Shown: piece by piece, positions 1-13,318 of the stretch
Numbering within the stretch: the stretch's first letter is position 1
Layout: the number at the start of each line of letters is the position of its first letter
NCBI GenBank assembly: GCA_002269645.1
Contig: NIVC01002622.1
Span: forward strand, 1 to 64,000
Reading direction: 5' to 3'
From: Macrostomum lignano
Lineage: Eukaryota
DNA: 64,000 nt
Position numbers and translations under genes: made by a program
The notes under the pieces: model-generated
Databases searched by the model: none
The model's input: the letters and a program-made list of their open reading frames with translations, nothing else
What the model was told of the DNA's origin: nothing

Positions 1-3000
1 TCTGTTTGTCTCCGTGTGTCTGATGTGTCTGTTTGTCTCCGTGTGTCTGATGTGTCATGTTTGTCTTCGTGTGCCTGATGTGTCTCGTTTGTCTCGTGTG
101 TCTGATGTGTCTGTTTGTCTTCGTGTGTCTCGTTGTTCTGTTTGTCTTCGTGTGTCTCGTGTGTCTGTTTGTCTGTGTGCTCGGTGTGTCTGTTTGTCTC
201 CCGTGTGTCTGATCTGTCTGTTTTATCTCTGTGCGTCTCGGTGTGTCTGTTTTCTCCGTGTTTCTGATCTGTCTGTTTGTCTCCGTGTGTCTGATGTGTA
301 TGTTTGTCTCCATGTGTCTGATGTGTCTGCGTTTGTCTTCGTGTGTCTGATTTATGTCTGTTTGTCTTCGTGTGTCTCGTTGTCTCTGTTCTGTGTTCGT
401 GTGTCTCGGTGTGTATGTTTGTCTCCGTGTGTCTGATGTGTCTGTTGTCTCCGTGTGTCTCGTTGTCTCTGTTTGTCTTCGTGTGTCTCGGTGTGTATGT
501 TTGTCTTCGTGTGTCTGATGTGTCTGTTTGTCTCCGTGTGTCTCGTTGTCTCTGTTTGTCTTCGTGTGTCTCGGTGTGTATGTTTGTCTTCGTGTGTCTC
601 GTTGTCTCTGTTTGTTTTTCGTGTGTCTCGTTGTCTCTGTTTGTCTTCGTGTGATGAGTGTGTCTGTTTGTCTCCGTGTGTCTGATGTGTCTGTTGTCTC
701 CGTGTGTCTGATGTGTCTGTTTGTCTCCGTGTGTCTGATGTGTCTGTTTGTCTTCGTGTGTCTGTTGTCTCTGTTTGTTTCGTGTGTCTCGTGTCTCTGT
801 TTGTCTTCGTCGTGTATGATGTGTCTGTTTTCTCGTGTGTCTCGGTGTGTCTGTTTGTCTCCGTGTGTCTAATGTGTCTGTTTGTCTCCGTGTGTCTGAT
901 ATGTCTGTTTGTCTTCGCGTGTGTCTCTGTTGTCTCTGTTTGTCTTCGTGTGTCTCGGTGTGATGTTTGTCTTCGTGTGCCTGATGTCTTTTGTCTCCGT
1001 GTGTCTCGTTGTCTCTGTTTGTCTCCGTGTGTCTCGGTTTGTATGTTTGTCTTCGTGTGTCTGATGTGTCTGTTTGTCTCCGTGTGTCTCGTTGTCTCTG
1101 TTTGTCTCCGTGTGTCTGATGTGTCTGTTTGTCTCCGTGTGTCTGATGTGTCTGTTTGTCTTCGTGTGCCTGATGTGTCTGTTTGTCTTCGTGTGCCTGA
1201 TGTGTCTGTTTGTCTCCGTGTGTCTGTGTCTGTTTGTCTTCGTGTGTCTCGTTGTTTCTGTTTGTCTTCGTGTCTCCGTGTGTCTGTTTGCCTCCGTGTG
1301 TCTCGGTGTGTCTGTTTGTCTCCGTGTGTCTGATATGTCTGTTTATCTCCGTGTGTCTGATGTGTCTGTTTTTCTCCGTGTTTCTGATCTGTCTGTTTGT
1401 CTCCGTGTGTCTGATGTGTCTGCTTGTCTCCGTGTGTCAGATATGTCTGTTTGTCTCCGTGTGTCTCGTTGTCTCTGTTTGTCTTCGTGTGTCTCGGTGT
1501 GTATGTTTGTCTCCGTGTGTCTGATGTGTCTGTTTGTCTCCGTGTGTCTCGTTGTCTCTGTTTGTCTTCGTGTGTCTCGGTGTGTATGTTTGTCTTCGTG
1601 TGTCTGATGTGTCTGTTTGTCTCCGTGTGTCTCGTTGTCTCTGTTTGTCTCCGTGTGTCTGATGTGTCTGTTTGTCTTCGTGTGTCTCGTTGTCTCTGTT
1701 TGTTTCGTGTGTCTCGTTGTCTCTGTTTGTCTTCGTGTGTATGATGTGTCTGTTTGTCTCGTGTGTCTCGGTGTGTCTGTTTGTCTCCGTGTGTCTAATG
1801 TGTCTGTTTGTCTCCGTGTGTCTGATATGTCTGTTTGTCTTCGTGTGTCTCGTTGTCTCTGTTTGTCTTCGTGTGTCTCGGTGTGTATGTTTGTCTTCGT
1901 GTGCCTGATGTGTCTGTTTGTCTCCGTGTGTCTCGTTGTCTCTGTTTGTCTCCGTGTGTCTCGGTTTGTATGTTTGTCTTCGTGTGTCTGATGTGTCTGT
2001 TTGTCTCCGTGTGTCTCGTTGTCTCTGTTTGTCTCCGTGTGTCTGATGTGTCTGTTTGTCTCCGTGTGTCTGATGTGTCTGTTTGTCTTCGTGTGCCTGA
2101 TGTGTCTGTTTGTCTCGTGTGCCTGATGTGTCTGTTTGTCTCCGTGTGTCTGATGTGTCTGTTTGTCTTCGTGTGTCTCGTTGTTCTGTTTGTCTTCGTG
2201 TGTCTCGTGTGTCTGTTTGCCTCCGTGTGTCTCGGTGTGTCTGTTTGTCTCCGTGTGTCTGATATGTCTGTTTATCTCCGTGTGTCTGATGTGTCTGTTT
2301 TTCTCCGTGTTTCTGATCTGTCTGTTTGTCTCTCGGTGTGGTCTGATGTGTCTGTTGTCTCCGTGTGTCAGATATGTCTGTTTGTCTCCGTGTGTCTCGT
2401 TGTCTCTGTTTGTCTTCGTGTGTCTCGGTGTGTATGTTTGTCTCCGTGTGTCTGATGTGTCTGTTTGTCTCGTGTGTCTCGTTGTCTCTGTTTGTCTTCG
2501 TGTGTCTCGGTGTGTATGTTTGTCTTCGTGTGTCTGATGTGTCTGTTTGTCTCGTGTGTCTCGTTGTCTCTGTTTGTCTCCGTGTGTCTGATGTGTCTGT
2601 TTGTCTCCGTGTGTCTGATGTGTCTGTTTGTCTCCGTGTGTCTGATCTGTCTGTTTGTCTCCGTGTGTCTGATGTGTCTGTTTGTCTTCGTGTGTCTCGT
2701 TGTCTCTGTTTGTTTTCGTGTGTCTCGTTGTCTCTGTTTGTCTTCGTGTGTCTCGGTGTGTCTGTTTGTCTCCGTGTGTCTGATGTGTCTGTTTGTCTCC
2801 GTGTGTCTGATGTGTCTGTTTGTCTCCGTGTGTCTGATATGTCTGTTTGTCTTCGTGTGTCTCGTTGTCTCTGTTTGTCTTCGTGTGTCTCGGTGTGTAT
2901 GTTTGTCTTCGTGTGTCTGATGTGTCTGTTTGTCTCCGTGTGTCTCGTTGTCTCTGTTTGTCTCCGTGTGTCTGATGTGTCTGTTTGTCTCCGTGTGTCT

Positions 3001-6000
3001 GATGTGTCTGTTTGTCTCCGTGTGTCTGATGTGTCTGTTTGTCTCCGTGTGTCTGATCTGTCTGTTTGTCTCCGTGTGTCTGATGTGTCTGTTTGTCTTC
3101 GTGTGTCTCGTTGTCTCTGTTTGTCTTCGTGTGTATGATGTGTCTGTTTGTCTCCGTGTGTCTCGGTGTGTCTGTTTGTCTCCGTGTGTCTGATGTGTCT
3201 GTTTGTCTCCGTGTGTCTGATCTGTCTGTTTATCTCCGTGTGTCTGATGTGTCTGTTTTTCTCCGTGTTTCTGATCTGTCTGTTTGTCTCCGTGTGTCTG
3301 ATGTGTATGTTTGTCTCCATGTGTCTGATGTGTCTGTTTGTCTCCGTGTGTCTGATATGTCTGTTTGTCTTCGTGTGTCTCGTTGTCTCTGTTTGTCTTC
3401 GTGTGTCTCGGTGTGTATGTTTGTCTCCGTGTGTCTGATGTGTCTGTTTGTCTCCGTGTGTCTCGTTGTCTCTGTTTGTCTTCGTGTGTCTCGGTGTGTA
3501 TGTTTGTCTTCGTGTGTCTGATGTGTCTGTTTGTCTCCGTGTGTCTCGTTGTCTCTGTTTGTCTCCGTGTGTCTGATGTGTCTGTTTGTCTCCGTGTGTC
3601 TGATGTGTCTGTTTGTCTCCGTGTGTCTGATGTGTCTGTTTGTCTTCGTGTGTCTCGTTGTCTCTGTTTGTGTTCGTGTGTCTCGGTGTGTATGTTTGTC
3701 TTCGTGTGCCTGATGTGTCTGTTTGTCTTCGTGTGTCTGATGTGTCTGTTTGTCTTGGTGTGTCTCGTTGTCTCTGTTTGTCTTCGTGTGTCTCGGTGTG
3801 TATGTTTGTCTTCGTGTGCCTGATGTGTCTGTTTGTCTCCGTGTGTCTGATGTGTCTGTTTGTCTTCGTGTGTCTCGTTGTCTCTGTTTGTTTTCGTGTG
3901 TTTCGTTGTCTCTGTTTGTCTTCGTGTGTATGATGTGTCTGTTTGTCTCCGTGTGTCTCGGTGTGTCTGTTTGTCTCCGTGTGTCTGATGTGTCTGTTTG
4001 TCTCCGTGTGTCTGATGTGTCTGTTTGTCTCCGTGTGTCTGATATGTCTGTTTGTCTTCGTGTGTCTCGTTGTCTCTGTTTGTCTTCGTGTGTCTCGGTG
4101 TGTATGTTTGTCTTCGTGTGCCTGATGTGTCTGTTTGTCTTCGTGTGTCTGATGTGTCTGTTTGTCTTGGTGTGTCTCGTTGTCTCTGTTTGTCTTCGTG
4201 TGTCTCGGTGTGTATGTTTGTCTTCGTGTGCCTGATGTGTCTGTTTGTCTCCGTGTGTCTGATGTGTCTGTTTGTCTTCGTGTGTCTCGTTGTCTCTTTT
4301 TGTTTTCGTGTGTTTCGTTGTCTCTGTTTGTCTTCGTGTGTATGATGTGTCTGTTTGTCTCCGTGTGTTTCGGTGTGTCTGTTTGTCTCCGTGTGTCTGA
4401 TGTGTCTGTTTGTCTCCGTGTGTCTGATCTGTCTGTTTGTCTCCGTGTGTCTGATGTGTCTGTTTGTCTTCGTGTGTCTCGTTGTCTCTGTTTGTCTTCG
4501 TGTGTATGATGTGTCTGTTTGTCTCCGTGTGTCTCGGTGTGTCTGTTTGTCTCCGTGTGTCTGATGTGTCTGTTTGTCTCCGTGTGTCTGATGTGTCTGT
4601 TTGTCTCCGTGTGTCTGATATGTCTGTTTGTCTTCGTGTGTCTCGTTGTCTCTGTTTGTCTTCGTGTGTCTCGGTGTGTATGTTTGTCTTCGTGTGTCTG
4701 ATGTGTCTGTTTGTCTCCGTGTGTCTCGTTGTCTCTGTTTGTCTCCGTGTGTCTGATGTGTCTGTTTGTCTCCGTGTGTCTGATGTGTCTGTTTGTCTCC
4801 GTGTGTCTGATCTGTCTGTTTGTCTCCGTGTGTCTGATGTGTCTGTTTGTCTTCGTGTGTCTCGTTGTCTCTGTTTGTTTTCGTGTGTCTCGTTGTCTCT
4901 GTTTGTCTTCGTGTGTATGATGTGTCTGTTTGTCTCCGTGTGTCTGATGTGTCTGTTTGTCTCCGTGTGTCTGATATGTCTGTTTGTCTCCGTGTGTCTC
5001 GTTGTCTCTGTTTGTCTTCGTGTGTCTCGGTGTGTATGTTTGTCTTCGTGTGTCTGATGTGTCTGTTTGTCTCCGTGTGTCTCGTTGTCTCTGTTTGTCT
5101 CCGTGTGTCTCGGTGTGTATGTTTGTCTTCGTGTGTCTGATGTGTCTGTTTGTCTCCGTGTGTCTCGTTGTCTCTGTTTGTCTCCGTGTGTCTGATGTGT
5201 CTGTTTGTCTCCGTGTGTCTGATGTGTCTGTTTGTCTTCGTGTGCCTGATGTGTCTGTTTGTCTCCGTGTGTCTGATGTGTCTGTTTGTCTTCGTGTGTC
5301 TCGTTGTTTCTGTTTGTCTTCGTGTGTCTCCGTGTGTCTGTTTGCCTCCGTGTGTCTCGGTGTGTCTGTTTGTCTCCGTGTGTCTGATCTGTCTGTTTAT
5401 CTCTGTGCGTCTGATGTGTCTGTTTTCTCCGTGTTTCTGATCTGTCTGTTTGTCTCCGTGTGTCTGATGTGTATGTTTGTCTCCATGTGTCTGATGTGTC
5501 TGCTTGTCTCCGTGTGTCTGATATGTCTGTTTGTCTTCGTGTGTCTCGTTGTCTCTGTTTGTCTTCGTGTGTCTCGGTGTGTATGTTTGTCTCCGTGTGT
5601 CTGATGTGTCTGTTTGTCTCCGTGTGTCTCGTTGTCTCTGTTTGTCTTCGTGTGTCTCGGTGTGTATGTTTGTCTTCGTGTGTCTGATGTGTCTGTTTGT
5701 CTCCGTGTGTCTCGTTGTCTCTGTTTGTCTTCGTGTGTCTCGGTGTGTATGTTTGTCTTCGTGTGTCTCGTTGTCTCTGTTTGTTTTCGTGTGTCTCGTT
5801 GTCTCTGTTTGTCTTCGTGTGTATGATGTGTCTGTTTGTCTCCGTGTGTCTGATGTGTCTGTTTGTCTCCGTGTGTCTGATGTGTCTGTTTGTCTCCGTG
5901 TGTCTGATGTGTCTGTTTGTCTTCGTGTGTCTCGTTGTCTCTGTTTGTTTTCGTGTGTCTCGTTGTCTCTGTTTGTCTTCGTGTGTATGATGTGTCTGTT

Positions 6001-9000
6001 TGTCTCCGTGTGTCTCGGTGTGTCTGTTTGTCTCCGTGTGTCTAATGTGTCTGTTTGTCTCCGTGTGTCTGATATGTCTGTTTGTCTTCGTGTGTCTCGT
6101 TGTCTCTGTTTGTCTTCGTGTGTCTCGGTGTGTATGTTTGTCTTCGTGTGTCTGATGTGTCTGTTTGTCTCCGTGTGTCTCGTTGTCTCTGTTTGTCTCC
6201 GTGTGTCTCGGTGTGTATGTTTGTCTTCGTGTGTCTGATGTGTCTGTTTGTCTCCGTGTGTCTCGTTGTCTCTGTTTGTCTCCGTGTGTCTGATGTGTCT
6301 GTTTGTCTCCGTGTGTCTGATGTGTCTGTTTGTCTTCGTGTGCCTGATGTGTCTGTTTGTCTCCGTGTGTCTGATGTGTCTGTTTGTCTCCGTGTGTCTG
6401 ATCTGTCTGTTTGTCTCCGTGTGTCTGATGTGTCTGTTTGTCTTCGTGTGTCTCGTTGTCTCTGTTTGTCTTCGTGTGTATGATGTGTCTGTTTGTCTCC
6501 GTGTGTCTCGGTGTGTCTGTTTGTCTCCGTGTGTCTGATGTGTCTGTTTGTCTCCGTGTGTCTGATGTGTCTGTTTGTCTCCGTGTGTCTGATATGTCTG
6601 TTTGTCTTCGTGTGTCTCGTTGTCTCTGTTTGTCTTCGTGTGTCTCGGTGTGTATGTTTGTCTTCGTGTGTCTGATGTGTCTGTTTGTCTCCGTGTGTCT
6701 CGTTGTCTCTGTTTGTCTCCGTGTGTCTGATGTGTCTGTTTGTCTCCGTGTGTCTGATGTGTCTGTTTGTCTCCGTGTGTCTGATCTGTCTGTTTGTCTC
6801 CGTGTGTCTGATGTGTCTGTTTGTCTTCGTGTGTCTCGTTGTCTCTGTTTGTTTTCGTGTGTCTCGTTGTCTCTGTTTGTCTTCGTGTGTATGATGTGTC
6901 TGTTTGTCTCCGTGTGTCTGATGTGTCTGTTTGTCTCCGTGTGTCTGATATGTCTGTTTGTCTCCGTGTGTCTCGTTGTCTCTGTTTGTCTTCGTGTGTC
7001 TCGGTGTGTATGTTTGTCTTCGTGTGTCTGATGTGTCTGTTTGTCTCCGTGTGTCTCGTTGTCTCTGTTTGTCTCCGTGTGTCTCGGTGTGTATGTTTGT
7101 CTTCGTGTGTCTGATGTGTCTGTTTGTCTCCGTGTGTCTCGTTGTCTCTGTTTGTCTCCGTGTGTCTGATGTGTCTGTTTGTCTCCGTGTGTCTGATGTG
7201 TCTGTTTGTCTTCGTGTGCCTGATGTGTCTGTTTGTCTCCGTGTGTCTGATGTGTCTGTTTGTCTTCGTGTGTCTCGTTGTTTCTGTTTGTCTTCGTGTG
7301 TCTCCGTGTGTCTGTTTGCCTCCGTGTGTCTCGGTGTGTCTGTTTGTCTCCGTGTGTCTGATCTGTCTGTTTATCTCTGTGCGTCTGATGTGTCTGTTTT
7401 TCTCCGTGTTTCTGATCTGTCTGTTTGTCTCCGTGTGTCTGATGTGTATGTTTGTCTCCATGTGTCTGATGTGTCTGCTTGTCTCCGTGTGTCTGATATG
7501 TCTGTTTGTCTTCGTGTGTCTCGTTGTCTCTGTTTGTCTTCGTGTGTCTCGGTGTGTATGTTTGTCTCCGTGTGTCTGATGTGTCTGTTTGTCTCCGTGT
7601 GTCTCGTTGTCTCTGTTTGTCTTCGTGTGTCTCGGTGTGTATGTTTGTCTTCGTGTGTCTGATGTGTCTGTTTGTCTCCGTGTGTCTCGTTGTCTCTGTT
7701 TGTCTTCGTGTGTCTCGGTGTGTATGTTTGTCTTCGTGTGTCTCGTTGTCTCTGTTTGTTTTCGTGTGTCTCGTTGTCTCTGTTTGTCTTCGTGTGTATG
7801 ATGTGTCTGTTTGTCTCCGTGTGTCTGTTGTGTCTGTTTGTCTCCGTGTGTCTGATGTGTCTGTTTGTCTCCGTGTGTCTGATGTGTCTGTTTGTCTTCG
7901 TGTGTCTCGTTGTCTCTGTTTGTTTTCGTGTGTCTCGTTGTCTCTGTTTGTCTTCGTGTGTATGATGTGTCTGTTTGTCTCCGTGTGTCTCGGTGTGTCT
8001 GTTTGTCTCCGTGTGTCTAATGTGTCTGTTTGTCTCCGTGTGTCTGATATGTCTGTTTGTCTTCGTGTGTCTCGTTGTCTCTGTTTGTCTTCGTGTGTCT
8101 CGGTGTGTATGTTTGTCTTCGTGTGTCTGATGTGTCTGTTTGTCTCCGTGTGTCTCGTTGTCTCTGTTTGTCTCCGTGTGTCTCGGTGTGTATGTTTGTC
8201 TTCGTGTGTCTGATGTGTCTGTTTGTCTCCGTGTGTCTCGTTGTCTCTGTTTGTCTCCGTGTGTCTGATGTGTCTGTTTGTCTCCGTGTGTCTGATGTGT
8301 CTGTTTGTCTTCGTGTGCCTGATGTGTCTGTTTGTCTTCGTGTGCCTGATGTGTCTGTTTGTCTCCGTGTGTCTGATGTGTCTGTTTGTCTTCGTGTGTC
8401 TCGTTGTTTCTGTTTGTCTTCGTGTGTCTCCGTGTGTCTGTTTGCCTCCGTGTGTCTCGGTGTGTCTGTTTGTCTTCGTGTGTCTGATATGTCTGTTTAT
8501 CTCCGTGTGTCTGATGTGTCTGTTTTTCTCCGTGTTTCTGATCTGTCTGTTTGTCTCCGTGTGTCTGATGTGTCTGCTTGTCTCCGTGTGTCAGATATGT
8601 CTGTTTGTCTCCGTGTGTCTCGTTGTCTCTGTTTGTCTTCGTGTGTCTCGGTGTGTATGTTTGTCTCCGTGTGTCTGATGTGTCTGTTTGTCTCCGTGTG
8701 TCTCGTTGTCTCTGTTTGTCTTCGTGTGTCTCGGTGTGTATGTTTGTCTTCGTGTGTCTGATGTGTCTGTTTGTCTCCGCGTGTCTCGTTGTCTCTGTTT
8801 GTCTCCGTGTGTCTGATGTGTCTGTTTGTCTCTGTGTGTCTGATGTGTCTGTTTGTCTCCGTGTGTCTGATGTGTCTGTTTGTCTCCGTGTGTCTGATGT
8901 GTCTGTTTGTCTTCGTGTGTCTCGTTGTCTCTGTTTGTTTTCGTGTGTCTCGTTGTCTCTGTTTGTCTTCGTGTGTCTCGGTGTGTCTGTTTGTCTCCGT

Positions 9001-10090
9001 GTGTCTGATGTGTCTGTTTGTCTCCGTGTGTCTGATGTGTCTGTTTGTCTCCGTGTGTCTGATATGTCTGTTTGTCTTCGTGTGTCTCGTTGTCTCTGTT
9101 TGTCTTCGTGTGTCTCGGTGTGTATGTTTGTCTTCGTGTGTCTGATGTGTCTGTTTGTCTCCGTGTGTCTCGTTGTCTCTGTTTGTCTCCGTGTGTCTGA
9201 TGTGTCTGTTTGTCTCCGTGTGTCTGATGTGTCTGTTTGTCTCCGTGTGTCTGATGTGTCTGTTTGTCTCCGTGTGTCTGATCTGTCTGTTTGTCTCCGT
9301 GTGTCTGATGTGTCTGTTTGTCTTCGTGTGTCTCGTTGTCTCTGTTTGTCTTCGTGTGTATGATGTGTCTGTTTGTCTCCGTGTGTCTCGGTGTGTCTGT
9401 TTGTCTCCGTGTGTCTGATGTGTCTGTTTGTCTCCGTGTGTCTGATGTGTCTGTTTGTCTCCGTGTGTCTGATATGTCTGTTTGTCTTCGTGTGTCTCGT
9501 TGTCTCTGTTTGTCTTCGTGTGTCTCGGTGTGTATGTTTGTCTTCGTGTGTCTGATGTGTCTGTTTGTCTCCGTGTGTCTCGTTGTCTCTGTTTGTCTCC
9601 GTGTGTCTGATGTGTCTGTTTGTCTCCGTGTGTCTGATCTGTCTGTTTGTCTCCGTGTGTCTGATGTGTCTGTTTGTCTTCGTGTGTCTCGTTGTCTCTG
9701 TTTGTCTTCGTGTGTATGATGTGTCTGTTTGTCTCCGTGTGTCTCGGTGTGTCTGTTTGTCTCCGTGTGTCTGATGTGTCTGTTTGTCTCCGTGTGTCTG
9801 ATGTGTCTGTTTGTCTCCGTGTGTCTGATGTGTCTGCTTGTCTCCGTGTGTCTGATATGTCTGTTTGTCTTCGTGTGTCTCGTTGTCTCTGTTTGTCTTC
9901 GTGTGTCTCGGTGTGTATGTTTGTCTTCGTGTGTCTGATGTGTCTGTACGTCTTCGTGTGTCTCGGTGTGTCTGTTTGTCTCCGTGTGTCTGATGTGTCT
10001 GTTTGTCTCCGTGTGTCTGATGTGTCTGTTTGTCTCCGTGTGTCTGATGTGTCTGTTTGTCTCCGTGTGTCTGATGTGTCTGTTTGTCTT
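1..10090. repeat. Complex satellite array of 27-28 bp monomers (e.g. TGTGTCTGTTTGTCTCCGTGTGTCTGA, TGTCTCTGTTTGTCTTCGTGTGTCTCG), + strand almost devoid of A; runs off the left window edge
   Basis: Directly visible tandem monomers with a few recurring variants. Rare variant markers recur at ~1974-1975 bp spacing (TCTAAT at 6041/8016; TATCTCTGTGCGT at 5398/7372). Confidence 0.97.
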
Positions 10091-11160
10091 CGTGTAAATG
10101 TTTGCCTTGGTTTGTCTGGATGTGTCTGGTTGTCTCGGTGTGTCTGGATGTGTCTGGTTGTCTTAATGTGTCTGGTTGTCTTGGTAGGTCTGTTTGTGTC
10201 TGGTTGTCTCTATGTGTCTGGTTGTGTCTCTATGTGTCTGGTTGTCTCTATGTGTCTGGTTGTCTCTATGTGTCTGGTTGTCTCTATGTGTCTGTTTGTC
10301 TTCGTGTGTCTCGGTGTGTATGTTTGTCACCGTGTGTCTGATGTGTCTGCTTGTCTCCGTGTGTCTGATATGTCTGTTTGTCTTCGTGTGTCTCGTTGTC
10401 TCTGTTTGTCTTCGTGTGTCTCGGTGTGTATGTTTGTCTTCGTGTGTCTGATGTGTCTGTTTGTCTTCGTGTGTCTCGGTGTGTCTGTTTGTCTCCGTGT
10501 GTCTGATGTGTCTGTTTGTCTCCGTGTGTCTGATGTGTCTGTTTGTCTCCGTGTGTCTGATGTGTCTGTTTGTCTCCGTGTGTCTGATGTGTCTGTTTGT
10601 CTTCGTGTAAATGTTTGCCTTGGTGTGTCTGGATGTGTCTGGTTGTCTCGGTGTGTCTGGATGTGTCTGGTTGTCTTAATGTGTCTGGTTGTCTTGGTAT
10701 GTCTGTTTGTGTCTGGTTGTCTCTATGTGTCTGGTTGTGTCTCTATGTGTCTGGTTGTCTCTATGTGTCTGGTTGTCTCTATGTGTCTGGTTGTCTCTAT
10801 GTGTCTGGTTGTCTCTATGTTTCTGGTTGTCTCTATGTGTCTGGTTGTCTCTATGTGTCTGGTTGTCTCTATGTGTCTGGTTGTCTCTATGTGTCTGGTT
10901 GTCTCTATGTGTCTGGTTGTCTCTATGTGTCTGGTTGTCTCTATGTGTCTGGTTGTCTCTATGTGTCTGGTTGTCTCTATGTGTCTGGTTGTCTCTATGT
11001 GTCTGGTTGTCTCTATGTGTCTGGTTGTCTCTATGTGTCTGGTTGTCTCTATGTGTCTGGTTGTCTCTATGTGTCTGGTTGTCTCTATGTGTCTGGTTGT
11101 CTCTATGTGTCTGGTTGTCTCTATGTGTCTGGATGTGTCTAGTTGTTTCGGTGTGTCTGG
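10091..11160. repeat. Satellite edge zone switching to an 18-bp monomer TGTGTCTGGTTGTCTCTA (pure run ~10740-11130)
   Basis: Visible tandem 18-mers. The transition block at ~10084 is repeated at ~10597 (513 bp period). Confidence 0.95.
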
Positions 11161-11717
11161 TGTGTCTGGTTGCTTGGTGTATCTGAATGTACCTGGCTGT
11201 TTGTATATGGATCTGTCTGAGTCTGAGTGTGTTTTGGCGCGTCCATTGTGGCTGGATGGGCATCTTGGTGTGCCCGGGTATGTAGGTTATCGGTGTCCCT
11301 GTACCAGCCTTTATAGCCTGTTTTAAGTCTTCTTCTATGCGTAAGAGAATCGAATTGAATCTTTTTACAGCTTTTATACAGCTGCCCATAGTCTTAGTCG
11401 TTTATCAAGAGTGTGTACCGGTATAGTGATTGAGTTGATGCTCACCAAACGGCAATATGGCGGTAATGGCCATGCGGTGCTTTCCCACATCCATCAGACC
11501 ACCACCAGAGAGGCTTGCTTTGAGAACAATGGAAATCTTTATTTCTAAACTGATTGACTTGAAAAACTTAATTGTCTAGGATGTTAAAAGCGCTCAGCAG
11601 TTTTTGATTGTCTGCTTCATGAACTGAAAGCTTTACATGTTCCATCTTCACCTACCATTGATTTGCAACTGCTTTACAATGCTGTCTCTCTGTCTATATT
11701 TGCCTCAATATGTCTGA

Positions 11718-12256
<539 letters not shown>

Positions 12257-12303
12257 ACTAAAAGTGCCGAAACTTTGTCCAACACTTGACTACGCGGGCA
12301 AGA

Positions 12304-12770
<467 letters not shown>

Positions 12771-13318
12771 CGATGCGAGCGTCAGACGTGTTTACTACTG
12801 AGCTGTTCCACCTTGTCTCACTTCCCCCGTGAAGTCTCACTGCCTCCCAGTGGAATATCACTGCTATGTTAATTGTAATTAATTTATAATTGGGTCGTAT
12901 CGTAATGTTTTCAAATTATAAATTCCAATGTGTTTTCATGCACCATGGTATTTTACTGATAGTAGTAGAAAGTGCGTTATTTATTGCGCTTCATACGCAC
13001 CTTGTACTCCCCAATTTTTATCGCAGTGGGCAGTGCGATGTAACCAGTCAAACTATTGAAACATTTTCTGCAAAATCCTATCACGAATTTTTCGACCAAC
13101 TCAAGAAGCTCAATCAGTGCGCTTCAGACAAAAGTGACTTCTCTAGCTCGTATATTGTTTTGTTTCAGAAGACTCAAAACAGAATTGATAACACGCACAG
13201 GTACATATTTTTTATAATGGCATTCAACCAAACCTTGAAATTTTTTCGAACCCAAAAATTTCAAACTGGCACACTGCTGAATAGATTCAATCTCTTAATA
13301 TTCGCTTCTTTCAGTCTG

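Noticed and set aside
2368-7461. 1697-aa and 627-aa - strand ORFs (RHTETN/DTRRQT repeats) and dozens of + strand VCL-rich ORFs
   Set aside because: Translations of the satellite. The - strand has very few T, so stops are rare by composition; ORFs are open in multiple frames with no domain, signal or splice context.
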